Source: Podarcis erhardii (Eukaryota). Taken from it: a DNA stretch of 64,000 nt. The stretch lies in NCBI GenBank assembly GCA_964252035.1, contig OZ176213.1; one strand, given 5' to 3'. The first letter of the stretch is position 1; every line of letters starts with the position of its first letter. A program made the translations under genes and the position numbers. Below, piece by piece: positions 21,901-31,000 of the stretch. The notes under the pieces are model-generated. The model saw nothing but the letters and a program-made list of their open reading frames with translations, was not told where the DNA came from and searched no databases.

Positions 21901-23884
21901 CCTCCTTCTGCTCCTTGCCTGCTCCCCCCCCCCCAGAAAAACCCATGTTGCTGCCTGTTTGGGAGATTCCTTCATCCTCTTCAATTGTGCTTTCCCTGCT
22001 CTTGCCTTCCAGTACTGTGCACCTGGGAGCTCATGAGCTGGTGCTTTGGGCATCATAGTCAATGAGTTGCCCCAGTCCTGCACTCACTCTGGGCTCATTT
22101 TGGGTCTGTGGCTGCTGCCGACCCTTGACTTTCACCCAGAGTACTAGGCTGGAACTGACTGGCTGCCAGTAATCAGATCCTCTGGGACGTTTTAGAGCTT
22201 GGTGTTAGAAATGCTGTCCTTTTATAGCCATGTCTCTCTTTCCGTGCCCCCCACCCCCACCCCCACAGCTCAGGAGGTAGCTGCAACCAGTTCTTCTCTC
22301 TGAGCTTCAATTTTGCAACTGGCTCAGATGGGTGGATGCCGTGACTCTGCTGCTTACCAGAAGAGAAGCCTGTCTTCTGTTGCTTCGAGGGGCCAACACC
22401 TCCTCTGTGGTTTAGCTGCTACAGAGCTACACAGCCATAGTGCTGGAATTTAATGCTCATCAGCATTTTTGTCTGCATGGCTAATGATTTTGTCTCTGTT
22501 TATAATGAAGGACATCATCAACAGATGCAATTTGATTGGTATTCTCTCTGCTAAGCAAGCAAGCAGTCATTTATGCTCTATTCTTGTACAATGTCTAGTT
22601 GTGGGGTGGCTTAGTGAAAAGGAGTCATGAATACAGATTAACAAACCACTATTAGTGGCAAAAACCTGGATTTGATGGGCAGAGCATCATGCAATATTTA
22701 CTACAGAAACCCACTGTGCCCTCCTTACCTCCTGCTCCAAGTCAAGCAGGGCCTGCCGATATGGACGCAGCACGGCATCAAGCCCAGTGCAGAAAGCCCG
22801 CAGATAAATCCCTTGCTGGGAGGGGTGCAGATCCTGAAAGTGGATCAAGGAAGGGTTAATCTCCTGGCATGCATAAGGCTCTAGAACCACCTCTATTGCC
22901 ATGAGTGGAAGCGACCCAAAGCAACGCAACCCCCCTGTCCCTCCACTGTTCTGGGACTGCATCCTGCCACAAAAGCCCTTGCACAGGAGGTGCAATTAGG
23001 AGAAGGGCTTGTTCAATAAATGAAAGCCTTGCTTTTCAAGAAAGCTCCTCCGCAAACATCACTGTTTTTTGACAGCAGTATTACAGTACAACGTTCTTCC
23101 ATAAAAGTAGCCAAAAAAATGCCCAAGGCCCAGCAATTGAAAAAAGAAAGCCAAGGGAAAAATTAACCTCGGAGGATCTCATGGACAGGGATGTGAGGCC
23201 CTTCTAGGTAATGAGAGGCAGGAGGGAGAGAGATATGGAGGCGGCCGGCTGCAGCCCTTGATGTTCTGGCTCTTTGGGGACTCGAGAATGGACGGAGAGA
23301 AACAGCCTGTGAGGGAAAGGGCCGAGTCGCTTCCGCAGAGGGTCACTGCCCATAAACGGCCGGAGAAGGGACAGGCAAGCGGGTAAAAGTGGGGGCCTCG
23401 CTTGCCTACCTCTGCACATGCTCAGGGGACCGCTCACCTGCGGCTGCACGGGCAGGGCTGCTGCTGCTGAAGGGGCTGACGGGGCGCCGGGGGGAGGCTG
23501 CTGCTGCTGCTGCTGCTGCTGGCCGCCCTGCGAGGGGCCTCCTTGCGAGGGCGGCGGCTGGACGTGCTCGGCTGCGAACTGCTCGACGAAGTCGCTGAAG
23601 CGAATGTAGAAGGCGCCGAGGCGGCAGACGCGGGCCAGGAGGGCGGCCTCGCTCGGGTGAAGGAAGGGCGGCAGCAGCGGCTCCTGAGGCACCTGCGGGA
23701 GGGGAGGGCAACGAGAAGCCGGTTAGGGTGGGAGGCGGCGGCGGCGGCGGCGGCGGCCTGGGGCGCCTCTTCCCCAAGGGCCGGAGCGGGACGCCACCTG
23801 CAGGCAGACGCTGCCGCCGCCTCCAACGGCGACGAAGAGGCCTCCGGTGTAGCCGCGCAGCGCCAACAGCAGCTCGTGGATCAT
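12231..23884 (-). CDS. TUBGCP4: Gamma-tubulin complex component 4 (GCP4), 18 exons
   Basis: Starts MIHELLLAL (ATG 23884); 17 exons with GT-AG boundaries, consistent phases and near identity to recalled human GCP4; terminal exon ambiguous. Confidence 0.96.
12757..12896 (-). CDS. TUBGCP4: TUBGCP4 exon 17
   Basis: SSLLFKILSSVHNHQINSDLAQLLLRLDYNKYYTQAGGTLG; 140 nt. Confidence 0.96.
13289..13405 (-). CDS. TUBGCP4: TUBGCP4 exon 16
   Basis: AFHCLNEILDLCHSFCSLVSQN; 117 nt. Confidence 0.95.
14054..14188 (-). CDS. TUBGCP4: TUBGCP4 exon 15
   Basis: VDVLESQFSQLL..DFESIRLAHDHFLSNLLAQSFILLKP; 135 nt. Confidence 0.96.
14365..14542 (-). CDS. TUBGCP4: TUBGCP4 exon 14
   Basis: YNVVFKYLLSVRRVQAELQHCW..FLVDNLQYYLQ; 178 nt. 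Confidence 0.96.
14705..14843 (-). CDS. TUBGCP4: TUBGCP4 exon 13
   Basis: ASGWAALGLSYRVQWPLHILFTPAVLEK; 139 nt. Confidence 0.95.
15162..15269 (-). CDS. TUBGCP4: TUBGCP4 exon 12
   Basis: DVNVAFQQSAHKVLLDDDNLLPLLHLTI; 108 nt. Confidence 0.95.
15543..15648 (-). CDS. TUBGCP4: TUBGCP4 exon 11
   Basis: IIKDFYLLGRGELFQAFIDTAQQMLKTPPTAVTEH; 106 nt. Confidence 0.95.
15784..15834 (-). CDS. TUBGCP4: TUBGCP4 exon 10
   Basis: HLWKLMVEESDLIGQLK; 51 nt. Confidence 0.94.
15881..15925. repeat. (CAG)15 microsatellite
   Basis: Direct count; reads (CTG)15 on the TUBGCP4 sense strand. Confidence 0.95.
16554..16678 (-). CDS. TUBGCP4: TUBGCP4 exon 9
   Basis: SILKNQEDTFAAELHRLKQQPLF..RSTVAE; 125 nt. Confidence 0.95.
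17553..17909 (+). mobile_element. Full-length Sauria-type SINE
   Basis: tRNA-like head with A box and B box GGTTCGAATCC, (TTTACC) tail; 12-bp TSD GGAGCCACCATA (17538-17549 and 17910-17921). Confidence 0.9.
18145..18310 (-). CDS. TUBGCP4: TUBGCP4 exon 8
   Basis: RLIEEENMLAPS..PSYIPVRVAEKILFVGESVQMFE; 166 nt. Confidence 0.96.
18808..19009 (-). CDS. TUBGCP4: TUBGCP4 exon 7
   Basis: MYKQLSAWMLHGLLLDQHEEFFIKQG..GKQLRELQDM; 202 nt. Confidence 0.96.
19207..19286 (-). CDS. TUBGCP4: TUBGCP4 exon 6
   Basis: IHGCQILEVVHRHSRGGLPPVRRALEK; 80 nt. Confidence 0.93.
19640..19696 (-). CDS. TUBGCP4: TUBGCP4 exon 5
   Basis: FQLLFPSLMTVVEQIKTQK; 57 nt. Confidence 0.93.
21559..21612 (-). CDS. TUBGCP4: TUBGCP4 exon 4
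   Basis: FLADPHLTISHVNYSLDQ; 54 nt, AG/GT. Confidence 0.93.
22729..22833 (-). CDS. TUBGCP4: TUBGCP4 exon 3
   Basis: DLHPSQQGIYLRAFCTGLDAVLRPYRQALLDLEQE. Confidence 0.95.
23438..23692 (-). CDS. TUBGCP4: TUBGCP4 exon 2 (expanded)
   Basis: PFLHPSE..LGAFYIRF..(CAG)8..PVQPQ/gtgagc; 255 nt, phase 0 to 0. Confidence 0.85.
23798..23884 (-). CDS. TUBGCP4: TUBGCP4 coding exon 1
   Basis: MIHELLLALRGYTGGLFVAVGGGGSVCLQ/gtggcg; Kozak GCCGCGATG. Confidence 0.92.
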
Positions 23885-25260
23885 CGCGGCGGCCGGCGAA
23901 GAGCGAACGACGGCGCCCCGCAAGGCCCGACGGGAAAAGGAGGGGGTGCGCGCGCCTACCGCCTCCGAGCGCATAGAGCTAGCAAAAGGACGGGAAGGGC
24001 AGGCGGCCCTCACCGCGCGTGGCTCCTTGGCCGGGCACTGCAGAGCTGAGCGGGACAGCGCTTCACACCGCGAGGAGAGCGGCAGCAGGAGATCTGCGCG
24101 CGGCTTTGCAAAAAAATTAAACGAAACACGGGCGAGGAAGCCAATCGCAGCAGGCGCTGCAGGGAAGATTTTGGGGGCGAGGCGGGGATGTGCTTTCAAT
24201 GCACGGCTTGTACGTGTAGAGCTAGCAAAAGATAGCGGAGGCAGGAGGCTCTCGGCTGCGGGGAAGCTGAGCGGGGCTGCGTTCAAACCGCCCGCGACTT
24301 TGGATGGAGGAGGGGCGGGTTTCAGAATGGAATTCGTAAGGTGCCCCGCGTGGGCGTAGCTAGGATTTGGGGGGCGAGGGGGGGGGAGCAGGACACTCAC
24401 CTGTCATCATCCTCTGTCTGGCTCTGTCTAGCAGATTCGGAATTAAATGTCCCAACTACAGTTGTTTTAAATTACTTTCTTTGGCCCCCAAGTGTTCAGG
24501 AAAATCTCAAAATCTTCAGTCATTTGAAAACCAGAAAGTTAAATAAAATTAACATCAGGGAGTACCTTTCTTGCGGTTAACGAGTATATTTTGCAAAATT
24601 ACAAAGAACTCGCTTTTTAGACACTAGAGCATTTACCACAGGTTCCAATAAGGCAGAATATTTGGCTAACAGAGCGGCAGCAAGGATGAATTGAGCTTTG
24701 GTAGCAGCAGAATCTAGCTGGAGTGTCCATTTCCTCGTGTTGCCATTTCCTTCTAGTGATAATCTCTCCAAACCTTCAATGATGCTCATAAAATGCTCTT
24801 TAAATTGCTCTTTGAAAACTGCAATACTTTTAATTATTTCATTTGGGGACAGCAGCTGCCCCCCTGCCTACACCAATGGTGCCACGAGGGGGGGCAGCAA
24901 TGACATCCACAGCCACAGGTGAACTGCACGTGGCTATGTAAAAAAAAAGAAACACTTTCCAACCGCTTGACAGATACAGTATATGGGGGACTCCCATTAG
25001 TGGGGACACGATGTTGGGGGGGCAGGCTTTTCTGTCCGGATTTTCACTTTTTGAAATATGGAAACTCTAGAGAGCTCTCAGTCGGAGAACGATGGTGGAC
25101 TGGCTGCATTTGCAGGGTCATTTTAAAAACGTTTGTGGCCTGAAATAATATATCCGGAGGTTTAAATCAGAATTAAGTTACAAAGAGGAGGGACTCTGAT
25201 ATTGGCTGCTACACGCGCATGTATTAGTGTGTGTATGTGTGTGTGAGAGAGATTGCTACC

Positions 25261-25753
25261 CAGCGCTTTTTTTCTGGGGAGATGCATACCCCTAAACATT
25301 TTGTGAATCTAAGTTTGGCCTCATTGAGGGGCAGTATTTCAATATGAGTAGGAAAATGAGAGTACCCCTAAAAAACAACAACCTAAACCCCCCCCCCCAA
25401 TTTATTTAAGGTAGATAAGGACAAGATGAAATTATACAATATAAATATAGATAGTATTGTACTTATCTACTTTTAAAATTTTTCACTTATGATCTTTTTC
25501 TCTTACTTCTTTATTCTTTCTTTGTTCTTTTTCTGATATCTTTCATTTCACTGCTTTATTGTGAATAGCATTTTATAGAGGTATAAATAACTGTAAATAT
25601 GAAAAAAGACAAAATATTCTCTAATTTCCCCCACTTGGTTAGATGTATTTTCTTTTGTTGTGAATATGTATGTTTTCTAATTTGTACTTAATAAAAATAT
25701 ATTTAAAAAAAAGGAGAGTACCCCTAAACATTTTTTAAAGAAAAAAAGCACTG
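25261..25753. mobile_element. hAT-type MITE, interrupted by an L1-like tail
   Basis: 15-bp TIRs (14 of 15 match) CAGCGCTTTTTTTCT; perfect 8-bp TSD TTGCTACC (25253-25260 and 25754-25761). Confidence 0.85.
25373..25713 (+). mobile_element. Nested L1-like 3' end
   Basis: AT/T-rich 3'UTR, AATAAA, A tail; 15-bp TSD GAGAGTACCCCTAAA (25358-25372 and 25714-25728). Confidence 0.7.
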
Positions 25754-25927
25754 TTGCTACCTAATAAAAAAAATCTGAATTTTTCTTCTGGTTTCCAGTT
25801 GGCGGCAGGGTTGCCAACTTGAATAAAATATGGGAGGGCAGGCAAGCCCCGCCCCGCATAATCGATCACATGACAGGGTGCAGGCACACAATTTGAGTGG
25901 CAATAACCATCATCTGGGGGGGGGGGG

Positions 25928-26105
25928 CATAGCTGTCAACCTTCCTTTTTTTTGCGGGAAATTCCCTTATTCCAGCGCTGTTTCCCGCTGCTGTCCCGGA
26001 TTGTTAGATATCCCGCAGGCTGTCCCCGGGACAGGTGAGGCTGCTGATCGCTTATTTTTGAGGCTGCTGATCCCTTATTTTCAAATCTGAAAGTTGACAG
26101 CTATG
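25928..26105. mobile_element. hAT-type MITE inserted in a G run of an older repeat
   Basis: Perfect 13-bp TIR CATAGCTGTCAAC; flanked by G12 and G8, consistent with an 8-bp G TSD. Confidence 0.75.
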
Positions 26106-26329
26106 GGGGGGGGCTGGACCCCTCACATATTTTATTGGGGGCAGCGAAGACTCCTCGGCATGACTCCTATGAGGGGAGGGGGGAAATTCCAGCAAACCGA
26201 AATACGGCCTTGTTTCTTCGTGGGCTCGCCAAAATCTGCCATCATTAAAGAAAACGAACTTTCCCCGCCCTACTTCTATCAATGTGCCCCGTTGTGAGTT
26301 TGATTCCTCCCGCTTTGAGGTGCCAGCCT

Positions 26330-28050
26330 CACCCCCGAGCATGCGCAGAATGTCTCCTCTTTCCTCAGGGAACAAGCAACCGATTTGCTGCCAAGCAGGG
26401 CTGAAGCCCTCCAATGCCTCTCTATCCCCGCATAGTATAACTAGATCGCCCTGAAGCTGCCTTTATATCGGTGGGGCTCCCTCCTTCCCGAGGAAGCAGA
26501 GGCAGCTCGGTCCGTGGTGGCGTCCGCCTGTTTCCTGCAGATCCTTCGCGGTTGCACTGGGCGAGGAGTTAGCAATGCAGAGTTGCAAACTGCAACGGGG
26601 CAGAACACCACCCCCGCTTCCCCAAAGGGTCCCTTTGCCCCAGTGTCCTGTTTCCAACCACAGCTAGCCCGGAGCCGCAACAAGGAGGCGGAAAGCGGGC
26701 AATACGAAGGCAAGACCTTCCTCGTCGGCAACAGCGGGGTATCCTGCCTCTGGACATGGAGGTTCACCGCGGAGTCGCGCGTCTTCAGGAAAGGGGCCGT
26801 GCATCGCCTCTCCGGCTCTTCTCCGGTGGGAGCCCTTTCCCCGCTGCGGCGCTCCCCGGAGAGGCTCCAGCCTCCAGCCGCCGCTTCTTCCAGCAAGTGC
26901 CCACTGGGCGGGGCGACCTGGCTGGGGCTCCTGCCAAGCTGGTTGGGCTGGGAGGTGCAGCCGGAGACACACCCCGCTAGGCTGGCCCGACAGCGCCGCC
27001 GCGCCAGGAAGGAGAACGGGCGGCCGCTCCCTACCGCCTTCCCCTCCGCCTCCACCTCCTCGCCGCCGCCCAACGGACGGAGCGGACACTCCCCTCCCGC
27101 GTTCCGAGCAGCCGCCGCAGCCTGAGAAACAGCAGCAGCCTTCTCGTCCCGGCCGGACGACCGACGGGCTCCGACTAGACGGAACCGCCGCTGCTCCCTC
27201 TGCCTTGGCTCGTCCTCATGGCCACCCCGGAGGAGATCGACGGGGCGGGCGTGGCCCGGCCCCACTACGGCTGTGAGTCTCGGGCCGAGGGAGGGAAGGG
27301 CGCGTTGCTTGCGGCTTGAGAGATGCCTCGGGCCGTCGGTTTGGTGCCAGCGTCTCCTCCTCCTCCGCCGGGGCCGCTTTGTTGGAGCTGGCGCCCAGGC
27401 ACAGCCCTTACCGGGCCCGGAGGAATCGTTCCGGCTGGCGGGGAAGGAGGACGCTGGCTCGCTTGGCCCGGGGCTGTGGGTTTATTTGGCCGAGCAGGAA
27501 GCTGTGAAAGTCTCGGCGCCCCCTGCCTCCCCATCGCCCCCTCAACATGGCGGGCGGGCGGGCGGGCGGGCAGCAGCGCTCCCCGGATTGATCGTGTGAA
27601 CGGCCTGCCTGGCCGAGCGGCGCGCGTTTCTCTCGGGCTAGTTTGCACGCGCTGTCGCTTTTCGCGGGGTCACGGGCCGGGTCCCCTGTTGGGCATCTTG
27701 GAGCGAAGCAGCCGCTTTCTCTCGCGCTCTTTCTTTTCCCGGGAGGGCCGGGGGGGGGGGAGAGGAAGAGGAGGAGGCCCGATTTTAGGGGCCGGGGGGC
27801 GGGGTAAGGACCGCTCCTCTCCCCGAGCAGGAAGGGCGGCGACGTGCAGCTCCTGGGGCGGGTCCTCGGCACGAACTGCCCGTTCTCCCAGCTCCATGGA
27901 TGCCTCGTTTCGCCAAGCGCAGGAAGCTTGGCTCCCACCGAGCAAGGTGGCAGCCTTAGGTCGAATCAAACCTCCATGGTTGAGGGCAGTCTACCTTTCC
28001 ACGTGGGCGTCAGCGGATAACTCGCTGGTTTCTGTGAGGAGGAGTTTCAG
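26330..28050 (+). promoter_or_regulatory. CpG island / IQGAP1 promoter region
   Basis: CpG-rich stretch over exon 1; NRF1-like GAGCATGCGCA 26337-26347, GC boxes, YY1-like CAACATGGCG 27543-27552; boundaries approximate. Confidence 0.75.
27218..27272 (+). CDS. IQGAP1: IQGAP1 exon 1 (not in ORF track)
   Basis: MATPEEIDGAGVARPHYG/gtgagt; 55 nt. Confidence 0.92.
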
Positions 28051-31000
28051 GGCTGGACTAGATGCAAAAGGTGTCATACCAGCGAGGCAGTGCTTAGCCA
28101 CCCTCACATTTTGTAGGAGACACCTTGGCATCCCAGCAGTGGCTTAGCGTGGGTTGTCAGCACCCGGGGCAAGGCAAGTAATTTGTGCCCCCTAACCCGT
28201 GGATTTGCGCCCCCTAACCCGTGGATTTGTGCCCCCTAACCCTAACCCCCAGTTGTTGCGCTCGGTGCGGCCGGCCCCCCCTGCACCCCCCACTCTACGC
28301 CACTGCATCCCAGGGAAGTATTGAGAGCTTCCCATAGAAAACATTGGAAGAGTCCCAATATTTCAGTGTTGCTGGGCTCAGGCGACTGTGTGTTCCCTAT
28401 TTCTTGTGAACTCTGTGAATGACACCCCTTTGTGCAAGTGGATGAAGCTTTGTGCAAGTGGATGACACCCCTTTGTGCAAGTGGATGAAGGTTTCTGCCT
28501 GCAGCTGAGTGCTGACTTTAGGCTGGAAATGGGTCTGAGTGAGGGGGGCGGGCAAGTTAAAGAGCTGAATCTTTGCTATAACCTGTTGGATTTCTGCCTG
28601 CTAATCCAAGCTACCCTTTCCATGTAGAAAGTGGGGGAAATGAGCTGTTTATCCTCCTAACAACCCTGTGAGGTAGGTTAGGCTGAGAGACAGGGCTGAC
28701 CAGGGATCAGCCAATGAACTTTTGGGCTGATGGGCATTTGAACCTGCATCTCCCCACCCCTAATCCAGCAGTCTAACTATTACATCAGCCTGACTCTCTG
28801 TATTGGTGGCAGAAGGGGGATTAAAAAAAATGTCGAAGCCTTACTTTAAAAACCCACATTCTTTCATAAGTCATTGCTTCTGCTGCTACTTTTTGTGGGT
28901 GGGCTGCATGAATAATTCTGCTGCCCAGTTCCTGCTATGCCAAACTGCCAGGAAATGGCAGCATCGAAAACAGCCACAGGATCTGTCTACAGGCAATAAG
29001 GATGGTGGCTCTGTCCTTTCCTATCTCTCCAGGCTTAGTTTCAAAGCTGGCAGCAGGAAGGGATTCCTCTTTGGTGGCTCTGGAACTGCCGGCTATAGAA
29101 TCAGGCCTGGCTGGTGAGGTGCAAAAGGGGCTATTACTATTATTTATTAAATTTGTATACCACCCTTCATCCTTAGGCCTTGGAACAATTCACGGACAGT
29201 GGGGTTTGTCTGTTGCAGGGAATGTTTATGAGCATCCCCAGTTTTTCTTCTGTGAAATGGATACTTTGTGCTGGCCCTGACAGCTCTTAGATTTTTAAAA
29301 ATATATCCCTGGGCCCAGAAATGCTGGGGGACCCTGCTTTAAGGAGAGTACAGCCCCTCCAGAGCATGTGGAGCACCACCATCCTGGACACACAAAGCTC
29401 TCAGACATTTCGTCTACCTTGTCAGGTTGGCTTTTCAGTTTACTGGGCCTCATCCAGTCCATTATTGTTTCCAAACCCTTGCCCGACAGATCTGGTTTTC
29501 ACCAGTGGATAAGCTCATTCATTGGCTTCACATAAAGGCTGAAAAACATGGGGGCAGAATGGCAAATGTCACAGGATAGAAGTACAGTCATACCTCGGGT
29601 TACAGCCGCTTCAGGTTGCGTTTTTTCAGGTTGTGGACCGCCGAAACCCGGAAGTACCGGAATGGGTTACTTCCGGGTTTCGGCATTCGCACATGCACAG
29701 AAGCACTAAATTGCGCATGCACAGAAGCGCTGAATTGCAACCCGTGCAGATGCGGGTTGCGAACATGCATCCCGCACGGATCACGTTCGCAACCCAAGTG
29801 TCCACTGTCCCCACAAACCTATACCTGGAATTTGCCCAGCAGGTAGGAGTGGATGACCCCGTTGGAGGCAGTGAGGCATATGTGGGCGTATATATACTAT
29901 TCATTGAAACACACCCCAGAAATAATCCCGGGAACTGTAGTTTACCATTCACTGAGCTACAGTTCCCAGGACTCTTACCAAACTGCAGTTCTTTGTGGGG
30001 TGGTATAGGAACGTGCTGTCTATTACAGCATGCAGTTGTAATCTGAGCCAGGACTTTTCAGCTCCAGGGTTGGAACTGGAGCATCTTGTGTGCAAGTCTT
30101 GCTCATCCTGGCTGCTCAAGGGGTGTCAGGATTGTCTCATCCAGATGACTGAAGAAATGAGTGTCTCTTGAACTGAGGATCTTCTCCCAAACCACTTTGT
30201 TAAAGGAAGCCATTTTAGGATCCTCTGATTTAAATAGTTGCTCGGGAATATAATGTGCACTTGTAAAATATCATAGAATTGTGGACCTGGGGGGACCCCA
30301 ATGGTCATCTAGTCCAACCCCCTGCAGTGCAGGAATCTCAGCAAAAGCATCCATGACAGATGGCCATCCAACATCTCCTTAAAAACCTCCAAGGAAGGAG
30401 AGTCCACAACCTCCAGAGGAAGACCGTTCCACAGCTCTTATATTGGGTCCTGCAGCAGTGGTTGTGAGGAGCAGGGCCTTTTTGGTTGTGGGGCTGGTGC
30501 TATGAAGTACCCTCCCACTGGAGAACCTCATTACTGCTCCATTATAGCCTTATCTCTCCAATTAGATTTGATGGAGACTTTTTAAAATGTGGAGCATGGG
30601 GCTGTTACCAAAGTCACCGAATTAAAGCTGACTTTCCTATGCAAAGGGAATCAGTGGGGATCTTACACCTAAGGCAAAGTGTTACAATCTGTCAGATATA
30701 TTTCTGTGGCAAATTATGAATATTTACCACTCTCAACCAAACAGCCTGGTATTTTTAGATGCAGGGAGGGAAGGTGCCCTTCGCTCTATTCTCCCAGAGT
30801 AGTCAGCAGAGCGTTCTCATGCCTCACTTTGGCTGGACCGTTCCTTTTCTGACTCATGGAGAAATGCATTTCTGCTCACAAACTATCCTCCCATGCTTCT
30901 GGAAGGTTCTGGGCACTGACTGGTCAAGATCTCGAAGTTTTATACAGAAAGTGCCACTGAGAAGCCCCGCCCATTTCACAAAAGCTCACTTTGCCTCAAA

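Larger units (their letters stand above)
23300..24380 (-). promoter_or_regulatory. CpG island / TUBGCP4 promoter region
   Basis: Very high GC and CpG density over exons 1-2 and upstream; GC box GGGGCGGG near 24313, CCAAT near 24141; boundaries approximate. Confidence 0.75.

Noticed and set aside
24880-24900. CTCF-like GCCACGAGGGGGGGCAGCA between the promoters
   Set aside because: G run is two bases too long for the core motif spacing; not supportable without ChIP
26441-28147. Two 274-aa ORFs (26441-27265 minus; 27323-28147 plus)
   Set aside because: Stop-poor CpG-island sequence with low-complexity R/A/G/P translations; they overlap the real IQGAP1 exon 1 and intron 1 and show no domain signature
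28181-28490. Short direct-repeat arrays that might suggest CRISPR
   Set aside because: Vertebrate intron, no unique spacers, no cas genes; explained by MITE-internal repeats and a local duplication
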